From NCBI GenBank assembly GCA_035221665.1, contig CM069132.1:66898001-66962000 (forward strand): a stretch of DNA of 64,000 nt. The letters are read 5' to 3'. The notes under the pieces are model-generated. The model ran no database searches. It was given only the letters and a program-made list of their open reading frames with translations, and was not told the DNA's origin. The number at the start of each line of letters is the position of its first letter. Position 1 is the first letter of the stretch. The position numbers and the translations under genes are program-made. This document shows positions 1-14,078 of the stretch, piece by piece. This DNA comes from Okamejei kenojei (taxonomy: Eukaryota).

Positions 1-800
1 CATGGTGATGTGCGGGAAAAAAGCAATCAATGTTATTGGCGTTGATAGGTCTGGAGACCTGCGATACGCTGGTAAATCTAATATTTCCACAAACCACAGA
101 GACGGTAACATATGCTAACATTGTGACAACCTCGTGAGAATAGTTTAGTTCGATACCAGTGGAGTTTGGCATGTGCAGCTGAAAACCAATGGGAATAATT
201 GGTAGATAAATGGACAGGCCAAAGAGACTGGCACAGTGTGGAATTTCCAAGTCATTTAAGAATGCATTTTGTTGAATTGATTGGTGTGTGGATCGACAAA
301 CAAGACAATTGATGCAAAATGATTTAATACTTGATGCTGAAGAAAGCATCACAAAAAAAGTTAGCCTCCAGTTAAAATGTATTGCTTAAAAATCTGCAGC
401 AAATTTACTCAGAACGTTGCACAAAATGCAAACAGGGAACAGATAATTTAATGATAGCATTAATTTCTATCTAACCATGTCATGTGAATACCACAAGCGG
501 ATTGTGCAAGAAACCAGTCAGCCACACGAATGCAGGAAGCTTGCAGGTCATCGCGTAAAAGGCGGGAAGCCTAGCCAAGGGTGTTGTGTGTATCAGAATG
601 ACCATGCATGTTTGCACAAAGTTAAGTTGGTCGAAAGAAGATGCAAATCCCTGTAAATGATCACAGCTGGTGAGGATGGTGGTCTCTGTATGAGCGACAA
701 ATACAGGCAATTACAGGCATACTACCATGAGGGCAGCTACGATGACTGAGGTGTCATCACGAATGGTATTGACAACAGTCTATCTTGTGGGAAGGAGTGT

Positions 801-988
801 AGGGAGGAACTGCAGATGCTGTGCTGACACAAGTGCTGAGTAATATAACGGGTCAGGCAGCATCTCTGGAGAAAAAGAATGAGTGACGTTTCTTTCTTTC
901 ATCTGCAAAAGTGTTCTGACCTGAAATGTCACTCATCTTTTTTCTCCAGAGATGCTCCCTGACCCACTGATTTACTCCAGCACTTTGT
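801..988. mobile_element. Penelope-derived short element, head-to-head palindromic pair, degenerate hammerhead core
   Basis: Inverted arms (gggtcaggcagcatctctggagaaaaa / ttttttctccagagatgctccctgaccc). Flanked by a ~23-bp direct repeat gtctatcttgtgggaaggagtgt (778-800) / gtctatctggtgggaagaagtgt (989-1011). Confidence 0.75.
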
Positions 989-2124
989 GTCTATCTGGTG
1001 GGAAGAAGTGTGGTCTAAAAAAAAGAGCCTAAAGGAAGTTAAATGTGCAACCTTCCTGGGAGAAGGTTCAAGAGATATTTTGCTGAATAGTGGAGGTGCT
1101 GTTGAGCTAGAAAACCATAGAAAACTCATGGGGCTCGGGGTCAAAGGCTGTGCTGAAGCAGTGTGGCAGTTCCTGGAAATGTGATATCTCCAGATGGGGG
1201 TCTGTGCGAAGAATGGATAATATTAACCGAGGCTATACCTACAGAGATATAAGGTGCACAATAAAAGCATTCTTCAAGAGACATGGGGAGGTGCATTGTG
1301 AGCTGTTCAGGTGAAAGATAGATAGCTAAGGCTGGGCACAAATCTGTTTCACAACCTGTCAACAAGTAAAGCAAGTTTTGCAGCAATATGATTGGAAAGA
1401 AACTGCTGAGAAGGCTGCTTCCATGAGGTTGAGAAACAAACCGGTGAAGCAAAGTAGCACTAAACTAGATTAGAACGAGGTGTCCCAGAGGAAAAGGCTT
1501 TGAGTCTGGGTCCAATCAAAGAAGTCCCTTTGGAGTAGCCTGAGGCAAAGGCATCTGTGACTTGGCAATTTCGGAACAATGCGCCTATTCACATGCCTCA
1601 TATGAAGGCAGTTGAGAGAAAAGTCTGTTTGAACAGCATGAAAGAACCAGTACATAGGACCAGTTCTAGAATAGCTGGATGTCTACAAGAGCCTACAAGA
1701 AAAGGGAAAATTAATATGAAGTGCTGAAATGTGTTGCTATTGATTAAGTCAGGCAGAAGCAATACAGAAGCTGAGACTATACGAGTTCTGTGAAAGCACT
1801 CAGTTGTCAACCAGACTCTCGCTATTTGCAGATTTGTCCAATGGATTGAATTAAGTAGAGGTTTTCCAAGAGTAATGCATTGTAATTTGAAGACAGCTCC
1901 AAAACTCTGATAATCCATTGAAGCATGTAACAGTAGGCATAGATTTACTAATATCAGCCCAATAGAGCACAACTGGAGTGCGGCTGGACAGATTGAAAAG
2001 ATTCATGTTAGAGTCAAAAGTGTTCGGGATGTCTCAGAAAAATAAGTTTGTGACTGCAAACGTGAGTGGGAAAATGGAAAGGTGCATTGGCTACAGTGAG
2101 GCAGATTGGGAGTTAATTCAAGGA

Positions 2125-2635
2125 AGACTCTATTGAACTTCTACAGGAGTATTGAAGAGAGTAAACTGACTGGGTGCATCATGGCCTGGTTCAGTAACTC
2201 AAACAGCCGGAATGGAGGAGATGACAGTGCGTGATGTACACTACTCAGTCCATCACTGTCTATCATCAAAGGAATACGTAGGAAGCACTGCTTCACAAAG
2301 CATCAACTATCCTCAAAGATCCACACAAGTCTGGCTATGGTCTCGTTTCATCTGTACCATTGGGGGAAAAAAAGTAGAAGAGTTTGAAACTCATAATGAC
2401 CAGCTTTAACAATAGCGTAATCTCAGCAATTATTAGGCTCTTGAACACTACACAACATTAGCCTTTACTATGAATGACTTTGAACACTGTCTTTGGTTGG
2501 ACTTTGGACATTTTATTTCCACCTGGATTATGAATTTTTGATTAATAGTGAGTTTACAGGCCTGTTAGCCTACTGCAAGTAAGAATTTAATTGCTCTGTT
2601 GTCGTTACATATGACAATTAAACATTTTTGACTCT
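2125..2635 (+). mobile_element. Degenerate 3' fragment of a Rex1/Babar-like non-LTR retrotransposon
   Basis: Translates TLLNFYRSIEESKLTGCIMAWFSN, resembling the Rex1/Babar RT C-terminus. Ends in a catatgacaattaaac..ttgactct tail. Confidence 0.6.
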
Positions 2636-2715
2636 AAAGATGGAGATCAATGAACAACAGAAATAGAAATAGTTGAGTGAGTTGAGGACATTGAGCAACA
2701 TACAAATACAATGAA

Positions 2716-2790
2716 AGACACAAAGTACTCAAGTAACTCAATGGGTCAGGCAACATCTCTGGAGAACATTTACGGTTGGGATCCTTCTTC
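2716..2790 (-). mobile_element. Penelope-derived short repeat fragment
   Basis: agacacaaagtactcaagtaactcaatgggtcaggcaacatctctggagaa matches the family seen throughout the window. Confidence 0.65.
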
Positions 2791-3018
2791 GGGGGGAGGG
2801 GGAGTGGTAAAAGTTGGAAGAGAGGAGGGCGAATGATCAATTTAGCATAGGTCCAGAATTAAATGAAGCACCATCTGTCCTGACAGGCTAGGTGCAAAAA
2901 ATGATTATTAAGATATTTATATGTTCTGCATTTTGTTCATCTTGTTAGATAGTTTTAGAATTTAAGGGTCATAGCATTGGGTTTTAAGCTACCCAAGTGG
3001 AATATGAGGGGCTGTTAA

Positions 3019-3355
3019 ACCCCTGTTCCACGGTACGAGTTCATTCCAAGAGCTCTCCCGAATTTGCCCTGATTTGAACTCAGACATTTACGGTAATGGC
3101 CACTTGTCGGTACTCGGGGCTCTTGTGGACATTTTTCAATGTGTTGAAAAATCTTCACGAGTCTTATCGTGCTTACCTGCCATTAGCGAGTCTTCCCGAG
3201 TACCTGCCATTAGCGTTACGAGCCGCTAAGTGATGTCCCCGAGCTCCGACGTACCCGCTACGTTCATTCTCCTGCTTACCCCGAGTTTGATTTTTTTTAA
3301 ACTCGGGAGAGCTATTGGGAAACTCGGGAATGAACTTGAACCGTGGGACAGGACT
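3019..3355. mobile_element. Non-autonomous TIR element (PIF/Harbinger-like MITE)
   Basis: Inverted ends cctgttccacggtacgagttcattcc / ggaatgaacttgaaccgtgggacagg, taa/tta flanks. Same end type as 26584-27188. Confidence 0.65.
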
Positions 3356-3449
3356 ATTATAATTACAGCTGCCATCATGTTTGATATGAGTTATTAGCCT
3401 CTGTGTTAAACTTTATATGAGCAGTTAAGTGACAAACAAAAATTATAAT

Positions 3450-3586
3450 GTTTAAGAAAGAATTGCAGATGCTGGAAAAATCGAAGGTAGACATAAATGC
3501 TGGAGAAACTCAGCGGGTGAGGCAGCATCTATGGAGCGAAGGAATAGGTGATGTTTCGGGCCAGGGTCTCAACCCAAAACGTCCAC
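3450..3586 (-). mobile_element. Penelope-derived short element with a 13-bp TSD
   Basis: Family sequence flanked by a perfect direct repeat caaaaattataat at 3437-3449 and 3587-3599. A short inverted piece lies at the right end. Confidence 0.8.
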
Positions 3587-4710
3587 CAAAAATTATAATC
3601 GATCCAACATTTCAGAGGAAGTAACATTGAAACAATTGCAGTACAAGGTGTGCCACTGCATTTTATACAAGGTGTATCTTCAGCGGGGATCTGTTTGAAT
3701 CATTCGTTGGTGCCTGGAGTGGGTATTTCAAGATGTCAAGAAAAGTGCATTACTCAATGGACAAAGAGACCAAGTGCTTGATTTAATTCATAGTTGCATG
3801 TTTATGGAAATAATTAACCTATTGTAGAGTTTCATAAATGTCAATATTTAATTGTATCTATTGGCAAATGGAGCGGAAACAGTGCAGAGCATACACGTGT
3901 AAGTGTACCTTTAAGAATTGAGTTACTATGTGGTGTGACTTTGCACGTTGTGGGCCAGACCCTGCTGTTTAGTTGAGAGTTACTGCCTGCCATAAAGAAT
4001 ATTCTGTTTATAGCTCTACTTCTGTTTATTTTCTAATACAAGCAGCAACACAAAGGAACCTACAGATAGCACAGGTACAGTCAACTGACTCGGGCGTGCT
4101 GCTCAAAACCATGCTTCTACCATAGGGAGTTCATGCTTCTTGCCTGACTCTTGAAATTATGCGTGGTTACAGGGCATAACCTTGCTGAAGACTGGAAATT
4201 CAATGGGTTGCCTATTGGGGCTCACATTGATGTATACAGTGTATGAAAGAAACATCTGTCGCTATAGTCCAAAAAGCAAACTGTGTGCAAATCCCTTTGA
4301 GCTAAGGTTTTATTTTAATGCATTTATATGCGCCATATAATTTCCTCTATCCGAGCCCTTCAAGATTTTGAAGACATTACAATATCTTACTCCAGCCTCC
4401 CTGCTCCATTGGCAAGAACAACAGCTTCTCTTGTTCATTTGTTTTAGCTAGAGAAACTTCATCTTTGTGACCATTCAAATAAATCTCCTCTCTCTTAAGG
4501 TCTTGACCATTTCGTCACAGCAAGTGGTGCCCAGAAATTATCTTCATTCTCCACTTGGGTCATAACCAGTGTTTCATACAGGTCTCGCAACGGCTTCAGA
4601 CAGAATGTTTCATGGAGAAAGGGAACAAAGGTGGAGTGTTAATGTTCAGGAAAACTGACAGCATTTTGAGAGTTGTCTTTAACCTCTTGCCGGTGTGAGA
4701 TAAGGGATCC

Positions 4711-4782
4711 ACAATAGACATTAGGTGCAGGAGTAGGCCATTCGGCCCTTCAAGCCACCACCGTCATTCAATGTGATCATGA
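4711..4782 (-). mobile_element. CR1-type LINE 3' tail fragment
   Basis: taggtgcaggagtaggccattcggcccttc..cattcaatgtgatcatg matches the tail at 20647-20875. Confidence 0.7.
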
Positions 4783-6989
4783 ATGTAGTGGCGAGGATTT
4801 GTCGCAATCACAAGAGGTGAACTGATATTTTGAGGAGGTTGAACGTCTCTGATTTATCCTGTATTACTAGTTTTAGTTTGAGCAATTAGTTTCCCAGGTC
4901 TGGAAGTACACTCTGAGATTGGATCATTGACTCTGGCACCATGTGTGGGCCAAGAGGAGCACCAGTTCCCACTATCAGAGTCACTGTCAGAGTATCTCAT
5001 TTCAGACCCTGCTTGGGTTGTATTTTTTGTTGGTTGGCGGCGTGGGCATCTTTTCATGTTTGGACTCCCTAGATTGACGATTAGGCACAGTGTTTATCTA
5101 GCCTACTCTTAAGTTCTTCTCACCAACTGATGTCATGCTTGTCAATTGGCTTGACTTCCTGATGGAAGAAAATATTCACAGCCAAGGAGTTAAACTTACC
5201 CTTTGAAGAGAAGCACCTACATCACCTCATGCCTACATAAACCATCCAGTAACTTTCTGGTTCTATGCTCCATGTATATCTCCAAGTATCTTCTAAGCCT
5301 TTTGTTGGAAGGATTTATGTGTTTGACCTGGATATGGCTTTACATGCAGACAGTTGCCCTGTTAATTACAGCTCAGATTTAGACAACAGAAAGTGATGGA
5401 CTTATTCAGCAGTGGTGAGTGTCTGGAATGCTTGGGCTTATTCAGGCCCTGTCACAGTATACTGGAGAGACACTTTGATTGATGGCATGAAGATACTTCA
5501 CTGACCCAGACAATCTCCAGCAATTGTTATGTGTCCGTGTTCCATGGGTTACATTATCATGGATTTTACATTTTTTACAATAATTCGTCATGTAACCCAT
5601 CTTTTTTTTTTTGTTGTTGTAGATTTGTGTTTTTTTCTGCAGGAGTTGTCTTGTCTATGTGGCACTAGAAACATTGTCTTATTTTACCAACAAACCATTT
5701 TCCCGTTTATTATGGAAATAGGAATGCTACAAGATCATGTGGCCATAGTTTTTGCATGGGGGACTGGAATCTTATCTTATCTTTTGCTCCTGTAGCCAAG
5801 TCTTTGCAACCGCCAAACAATATGCCAAGCTAATTTAGGCTTCTTCTAATATATCCTTTACGTTTACTTTATACACTATTTACCTAATTCTTCCAATTAT
5901 ATCTTTCCCAGCAATAGAAGGCTGCTTTGATATGAAGATATTACAAGAAATTTCTCCCCTTTTTATCTATCTGCAGAATACATGTCTTCTTTCACTTTTT
6001 TTTAACTGTCTTTTCCAGTGGTCCATATGCTCTTCAAAGACCTGCAGATGATAAAGGTCATCCCACTTCTTGTTTGTGTACCCCAATTAAATCAACTATT
6101 ATCCTTTACATCAACATGCTTCATTCTTCATTCCAAACCTAAACTGATATTTGATTCATTTTCTATTTTTGTATATGATTGGCTGCCTGGTGATTTTCAA
6201 CCAGCTGCCTATGGAGGAAACTTTATTATCTCTACTTTCATTCCTGTGCGATATAAACACCATATCATTCAGCCCTAGTATCTATGTTTCTGACATGTAT
6301 TCCTATTTCATATCCAATTGGGCGTTGCTGCCCTTTGAATCAGAATTAGATTTCAGGATTTGCTAGCAAATCCATTTCTTTATGTACGTATCAAGATCTA
6401 TTCAAAGGTCGTGTGTCATATCATAACAAAATATTGTCTCCAATCCACTTCTTCAAAAAATTCTCAGTCGGGTATTGGCATTTTTATTCTGTCAGTCTGT
6501 GTCTGGCTTTTGTTTATTAAAAGTATTAAAGTGTTTTAAATTTCCATTTACTAAATCTTGCTGAATTATTATCTTTGTCCTTTTAAAACCAACCAAACTA
6601 TTGGGTTTGTTATGAACTTTGTAATTGCCATGTTTTCTCTTATCACCTAACCATGTACATTATATGCAATCCTTTCTGCACTCTGGCATTTGTCCATATT
6701 TTCGAGAGGGGATTAGTGTAGAGGATTCTAGGAGTTAACAGTACATGTACCATGTGCAGATTCTGCTGTGATGTAAGTGTATTCTGGAAAAGTAGGAGTT
6801 GCAGTAGATAGACTGTGGTAATGAATGCTTTTGGTACATTTGCCTTTATATGTCAGGGAATTTAGTTGTCGAAGTTGTAACCAGAACTAGAGGAGTGGTT
6901 TTAGGTGAGTAGGAAAATAAAGATTTAAGTGGACACACTGTAGGGAAATAGCTTTTTTACACAGAGCGGTGGTGATAACTGATACAAGC

Positions 6990-9900
6990 TACCTCACAGA
7001 AAAGTGTGATGTCAGGTTTACTCGGATATTATCAGTACCACGGGACAGTCAGAGTAGAAATAGGAGGCTAATGCAAATGATATACGTCGGCTTGAAAAAG
7101 GTGGTGCAGAGGGGGAGGGATTCAAATTTTTTAGGGCCTCACTTGTTGGACCAGTTCTGGGGGGGAGGTGGGATCCGTACAAACAGGAAAGGTTCTGACT
7201 GGAATGGAAATGGAACCAATGTTCTTGGGGGAGTGTGTGGCTTAAGTGCTGTAGGGGAGGATTTTAAAACTAATGATGGCTAGTGGGAGGGTACAAGAGC
7301 AGAGAGGCGGAGCGGTGTTAAAATGAGGGTAGAAGCATTAGGTTCGTGTAGCATGGTGAAAGGTAAGACGTAGAGCGCAGCAGTAACAAAACCAGGGCCT
7401 TAAAATCAAAATAGGGGCACTTTTTCAGCAAAATTGTATAAGGGGTAAGAATGCGTTTGTAAAGGACAACGCTGAACGGCTTTGTGTTCAATGAAGGAGG
7501 ATTCGTAATAAGGTGGACGAGTTGACCGTGCAGTTAGATACTTTATGGGGGGAATATTATGATATAGTTGGGATCACGGAGAATGGCTTCAGGGTTGACG
7601 TAGGCTGTGCGGCTGAAACTCCAGGGATATTCTATATTCAGGAAGGGATAGCTGAGAATGGATAAAGGAGGTGGAGTAGCGTGCTGGTTATTTAGTTAGA
7701 GAGGTGATATAAAAGCAACGGAATGGAAGGACATTCTGCTTGGAGGATGTGTGGAATCGGTAATGGGTAGAGACTTACTAAAAACACTAAGGGGCAGAAA
7801 ACGACTGGTGGGTGTTGTGTACAGGACCACTCCTAGAACAGTAGCAGAGATGTTGTGTGGATGGTATCAAACAGGGAAATTAGAAATGCGTCGCGACAAA
7901 GGCACAAACAGTATATAATGGGTGACTTTCAATCTACATACTAAGGATTGGGTTACTCAAATTGGCAGGGGTGCCTGAGGAAGAAGGATTTTTTTGGATA
8001 TGTATGCGGGATAGTTATTAGACTCAACATGTACGAGGAACCAACGAAGAGAGCAGGTATTTTAGACTGGGGATTTTGTGAATGAGGAAGGGGTAATTAA
8101 GCCGTCATTTGTTGGTTCGTGCCCCTTGGGCTAAAGGGTGACCATAATAGGTTGAGTTCTTCATTAGGATGGAGAGTGGACATTGTTAATTCAGAAACAG
8201 GGTTCTGAACTTAAAGAAAGCGTAACTTTTGAGGGTATGAGGAGCGTGTAAGTGTATTGGCCAGATTGACTGGCAATTGAATTGCTAGAAAGTGGTGACG
8301 TGTGTGGAGTATAGCTGAATGGAAGACATTTAAAGACTTTGCATGTGTGGTGTAAGTACAAAAGATTGTGTTCAGATACATGTTTTGGCAAAAGAATTAA
8401 ATTCGGTGGAAGGTAGTGCATCCGTGGTGATCAACACAAGGGAAATCAGGGATAGTATCAAAGCAAAGGATGATGCGTACAAATGTAGCCAGATAAAAAG
8501 CAGCGATACCAGAGGACTGGGAGAAATTCACTGGAGACCTTGCAGAGGAGGACAAAGGGCTTAATTAAGGAAAGGACAAATAGATTATGAAAGAAAAGAA
8601 AACTCGCAGGGACATAAAAAACTGACTGCAAAAAGTTTTTATAGATATGTGAAGAGAACAGAGGTTAGTTTTAAAAAAAAATCGTAGGTCCTTGCACAGT
8701 CAGAAAAGGTGAGTTTGTCGATGGGGAACTAAGGATTAGTGGCGGAACCAATTGACCTACTATTTTGGTGTCCGTGTGCGTTCTATAGGAAAGACATTAA
8801 ATAATCTGCCTGAAATAGCAGGGGACTGTGGGTCAAAGGAGGTATGCGATTGTGGGAGAGTATATCCGGTCAGTCGGGAAGTGGTGTTGGGTAATTGTGA
8901 GAAGTCGATTAAAGCCAGCATAACTCCCCAGGGCCAGATAGGGCTGCAATACCAGAGTACTTAAGGAAGTAGCTTCAGGACTATAGTGGATGCATTACGT
9001 GATAAAGTTCTTTCAAAACTCTTTAGTATCTGGAGTAGTTTTCTGAGATTGGCGGGTCGGCCAATTTTAAGTAACCCCTTTTTTAAGAACGGGAGGAGCG
9101 AGAAAACGGCGGAGTATTTACAGACAGTTAGTCTAATCATCGGTAGTGGGGAAACTGTAGAGTAGTTATTAATGATGGGATAGCAGCAGAATTTGGATAA
9201 AGTGGTGGAATATATTGTGACAAAGGTCGTGCATGGATTATACGAAAAGGTAAAGATGTCATGGTTGAGAAATGCTTTGTGGAATGTTTTCGGAGGATGA
9301 TAATACTAGTAGCGTGGATAAAGGGGCAGAATCCAGTGGAGTGTGGTTATGTATCTGGACGTTCCAGATGAAGCTTTCGACCAGGGTCCCACATAAGAGA
9401 TTAGTATACAAACTTAAAGCATACGGTATTAGGGGTTCATTAATGATGTGGATAGGAGAACTGGTGGCAAAACTGGAAGCAATCGAGTAGGATTGGTAAA
9501 GAGAGTCCTTTTTCACGCTCAATGGCAGGCACTGAAGCTAACTAGTGGGGTACCGCAGGCTCTCAGTGCTGGTGACCGCGCAGCTATTGTACAATATTTA
9601 TTATTACATGATTTGGTATGGGGAATCTGAAGGCAATATCTCCACGTTCTGCGGATGACAACTTAGCATGGGGGGCAGTGTTCGACAGGTGAGGAGGATG
9701 GCCTATTCTAGGAGTCTGCAGGTGATTGGATAGGCCTGGGTGAGTGGGGCAAATGTTTTTGGCAGATGCTAGTATAATGTGGATAAAATGTGCAGGTTAT
9801 CACTTTTGGTGGCAAAAACAGGGAAAGCAGACTACTTATTATAAATGTGTGGCGCATTTTTTAGGAATAAGGGAGAGAATGCAGTGTGACCTGGGTGTCA

Positions 9901-10686
9901 ATGGTTACTCCCAGACCAGTCTCATTTGAAAAGTAGGCATGCAGGTGCAGCAGGCAGTGAAAAAAAGCGATGGTTATGTTACGCTTTCAGTAGCAAAAAG
10001 GATTTGAGTACTGGAGCGAGGAGGTTCTACTTCAGTTGTACAGGGTCTCTTGGTGAGACCGCCACACCTGGTAGTATTGCGCGTGCAGTTTTGGTCTCAA
10101 TCTGAGGAAGGTGAGACATTAGGCGCTATAGAGGAGAGTGGCGGGAGCGAAGAGAATGTTCACCAGATGATTCCCTGGGAGTCAGGACTGTCCTTTGAAG
10201 AAAGAATAGGATAGACTCGGTTTATACTCTCTGGAATTATGGGAGAATTAAGAGGTGGATCTTATAGAAACTTAGTAGTCACATTCTTAAGGGGTTTGGA
10301 AAGGCTAGATGCAGGAAGATTGTTCCCGAATTTTGGGGAAGTCCCGGACAAGGGTTCAGGCAGCTTAAGGATAGAGGAGGTATGAGGGAAATCCTTTAAG
10401 ACCGAGATGAGAAAGGACTTTCTTCACACAGAGAGTTGGTGAGTCTCTGGAACTCTCTTGCCACAGTAGGGTAGTTGAGGCCAGTTCATTGGCTATATTT
10501 AAGAGGGAGTTCGGATGTGAGCCCTTGTGGGACTAAGGGATCAGATGGGTGTATGGAGAGAGAGGCAGGGTACGGGATACTGGTGTTGGATGATCAGCCA
10601 TGATCATATGTGAATGGCGGTGCAGGCTCGAAGGGCTGAATGGGCCTACTCCTGCGCACTCTTAATTTCTATGTTCTATGTTTCTA
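6990..10686 (+). mobile_element. Long CR1/HER1-type LINE (end of ORF1 esterase, ORF2 APE-RT, 3' tail), heavily indel-corrupted
   Basis: Recognisable pieces: ORF1 end (WNGNGTNVLGG), endonuclease ggtgactttcaat (GDFN), RT actagtggggtaccgcagg (TSGVPQ) and gcggatgac (ADD), tail atttctatgttctatgtttcta. No long intact frame. Confidence 0.85.
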
Positions 10687-12969
10687 AAAATAACATTCAT
10701 GATAAGGGAATTTGGACAGGTATGTGGAAGAGGAAAGGTTCATCAGGGATATGGGCAAACAAAATGCAAATTAAATGGGAGCTGTCTTCTAAGAGGCGCC
10801 TGTTTCATGCTTATCACAAAGTTCATAGTTGGAGGAGAACTGAATTGGACCTCTGCAATTTCCATTTTCACTGCTCTCAAAAACCTCAAATACATAAAAT
10901 CTTCCGTTGTCTGCTTTTTACCTGATTTTAAGTTGCATTCCATTCTTAGACTACCATTTTATGTTTAAGACTTTTATTTCCTTTTTGCATTACCTGCTAA
11001 TCTATTCTCCTACATTCCTGTTGCCTGAACAATTATTTCCTGTTTTGCTTCTCTTTTGTAGGGGGGGGTTTTGTGGAATGATTTTGTTTTAGGTCTCTGT
11101 TGAGTTATGAACCTAATATTTATTATAAGCGTCTTTTATCTAGTAATTTTTTTTTGTCCTGTATCTCCAAACCCCAAGGAGCTGCAGCTTTAGAAGTCTT
11201 TCTTTGATCCCTTGTGGCGTGTGTCTGTTGTGAGATCAAACCACCCTCTCTTTAAAGGGCCTCGTTAACTTAAACGATTTATTTTCTGTTTAATTGTCTG
11301 GAATTTTTGTTTTATTATCTTTGATTTCTTATCCATTCTGGCCTGGATTTCTGTTGTAGGTTCTGAAATTAGCAATCATCCAGATGAATGTTTTTACTTT
11401 CAGTATATCTTTGCCTTTAACTATCCTGACCCCCAAGTTAAGGGAAAATAGTATGGAGAACTGAAAGGAGGATATATAAGGCTATATAATCTGATCAGCA
11501 TGGATCTATCAAAAGAAGGACATAAAATTACTTAAAATTTGTGGCAAAATAATAAAAACAGAAATTAATAAAGTTCATTTAGAAAATAGCAATTTGTTTT
11601 TTTGTACATCTTTTGTACTTCCATCTTGATTTGTTGTACTTTAATCAGAGTAAAGTCTTCACAATAGTGCAAAGTGCGCATTCTCATTGCTATCTCACCA
11701 TGTACAGGCATATTTACAGTTAATAATTAACATAGAACAGAGATCACTTCCACTTTACTAGGATAGCTATAAAACTCAATTGTGTCATTCAGGTTATTGT
11801 TTTTGTTTCTAAGCTCTTGTGCCGCTTACCGAAGACCTTTATTTTGCTTGAGGAACAATACTGGTTAATATGTTTTCAAATTGCTACCAATGCATTATAA
11901 CTGGAGGATACAGCTGGTTTGTTTTGTTGAGGCTGCAGGATGAAAGCAAATCTAAACACCGACTTATTCAGCAGTTCGAGATACATTAACGTTTTTTTAG
12001 GCATGAAGATTAAATGTTTGGTACAGTTTCAAAATCATTAAGACCACTTGCAATAAGGCACTATACAATTTAATGAAAGAATACTAAGTGCCATTTAAAG
12101 TACCTTGTGAGACTGTTTACAATGAAAATGTGAAGTGGCTCAGGTTTCCTCAACATGGTCGGTCTTGCTGGTCAGAGGCATGATGTCTGCAAAAGGGAAA
12201 AGCAAATAATTGTCTCGGCTGAGGTATAGGGAGTGGGGAAATGGCTCCTGTCTGTCGTGCTCAAGTGCACTTGAAAACAGGGTGTCTGACGGCATAATTG
12301 AGATATTAGCTTGATAGTTATTTCCAATCTCCCAAAGTGCAGGATTGTGTGAGACCCAGGGAGCACTTCACAAGAAAAAAACCTATTTGTGGCAAAGCCC
12401 TGAGACATTGGATACAGTGAGATCTATCTATAAGTGGTCTTACTGATACTTCTTTCAAATGGTCTTTATAGATAGTCAGTCTGATAACACAGTGAATCAA
12501 TCATTCATTACTTGGGTGTTTTTGCAGATGGTTGCAAATAATAGGTGTGGTCTTTAAGAAAGGTGTTATTGAAAGCAATTCCTCTGGAACCCCATAATTT
12601 GTGTATCGCAAAAAATATATTAACATTTCCGAATGAGATCTTCATAAAACCAGTTCTTGCTTCAATTGAGAGTCGTTTGACTTCCAGTCACCCTACCTGC
12701 ATGCACTTTGGTCTTATGCGGAGCTTATGCTGAGCTTCTGCTCTGGATAATTAGGTCTCGGGCAGCATGGCACCAGAGCTCTATTCCTTCTCACCTCTGG
12801 GAGGGTTCAACAGAAGACAATGCTGGGCAAAGGAACTTCTATTGAAGTCTGTCATCAGAATCATTGACCATAGAAACAGGCCCTTCGGCAAAACTCGTCC
12901 GTACCAACCATGATGCTCCATCTAAGCTGATCCCATTATATTATATCAAAACGCTCAGTGTTCAGAGGT

Positions 12970-13060
12970 CGCAACCTTCACGTGGTGTCCACCCTGTTTT
13001 TGACCAATGCAATCAACTCTGATGTGCACAAAAAATTAGATCTCAAATAGAACAAGTTGA
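12970..13060 (+). repeat. Dispersed ~90-bp repeat of unknown class (copy 1)
   Basis: gcaaccttcacgtgg..ccaccctgttt..aatgcaatcaac..gtgcacaa..agatc..aaatagaac recurs at 32175-32254. Confidence 0.7.
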
Positions 13061-13534
13061 ACCGACAAATACTGCAAAAAACATTATATCTAATTGATAT
13101 GACACTTTTCAAATGTTTAAGGCAATCAGAGAGACATTAAAAAAAATTACAAATTTAATGTAAATAATTTGAAGAGTAATTGATGCAGAGTGTTTTTTAT
13201 AATAAAAAATATACTAATTTGAAAAGCACACTAAACACTTAGAAATAATTGAAAATAATAACTAACCAATTAAAATATATATATCCCTTCCCTTTTATCT
13301 CAATTTGCAGGCGAAGAATGGTGATGGGAGTAAATAGCATCCAGTTTAGACTAAGAACTGAGAGACAATGCCTCACCATCAAGAGCACTATTTTGATGTT
13401 GACCAGCTATCTCATCTATGATTCTCGAACTTTAGCTCCTGATTAAGAATTGTCTTGACAGCTCACAAACTGATTCATCTCATTTTGTAAGTCTGTTGAA
13501 AAAGTTACACGTAATATATTTTTACACTGATAGT

Positions 13535-13690
13535 GTGTGGCTTCAGGCTTCTGCATCTTCAGCCTGAAAGTATTAGCAAGAAGAGGACAGGGTCCAGGTG
13601 GTGGGGATCCTTGATGATAGATGTTGTCTTCACGTGGCAGTGCCTCATGTAGATGGCATCACAAGTGGATAGGGTGGTCAAGATGGGTGG
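13535..13690 (-). mobile_element. Rex1/Babar-like LINE fragment
   Basis: Reverse complement resembles the 2260-2400 part of the Rex-like fragment (aagcatca..atc..caaggatcc..ac..ctgg). Confidence 0.5.
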
Positions 13691-13985
13691 TGAATAAACC
13701 CTCACAGGTTGACTTTTGAATGGGACAAATGGGACTAGCTTAGAAGGGACATTCAGATAGGCATGGACAAGTTGGGCCGAATTACCTGTTTCTGCTCTGT
13801 ATGACTCTATTTCTTTCTAACTTTCCCCCCATCTCTTACTAGGAATTCAGCAACGTTTCTGCACAGCCAAGACCATGTTGTGACCGGCATCAAATCCTTA
13901 TTGCCTCTAGCTGGCAGAGTTCTTGGAGATCAGTTCATCCATAAATATTCCACATAAACTACATTCCTATCCGCTACATTCCTAT

Positions 13986-14078
13986 GTCTGAAGAAGCGTC
14001 TTGACCCGAAACGTTGCCTATTTCCTTCGCTCCATAGATGCTGCCTCACCCGCTGAGTTTCTCCAGCACTTTTGTCTA
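13986..14078 (+). mobile_element. Penelope-derived short element with a well-preserved minimal hammerhead-like core
   Basis: CTGAAGA-A-GCGTC-TT-GACCC-GAAAC-GTT at 13988-14015, followed by the family body. Possible ttcctat TSD. Confidence 0.75.

Noticed and set aside
13311-13486. Possible exon (pyrimidine tract + cag ... gtaagt)
   Set aside because: All three frames contain stops and no partner exons were found. A non-coding exon cannot be excluded without RNA data.
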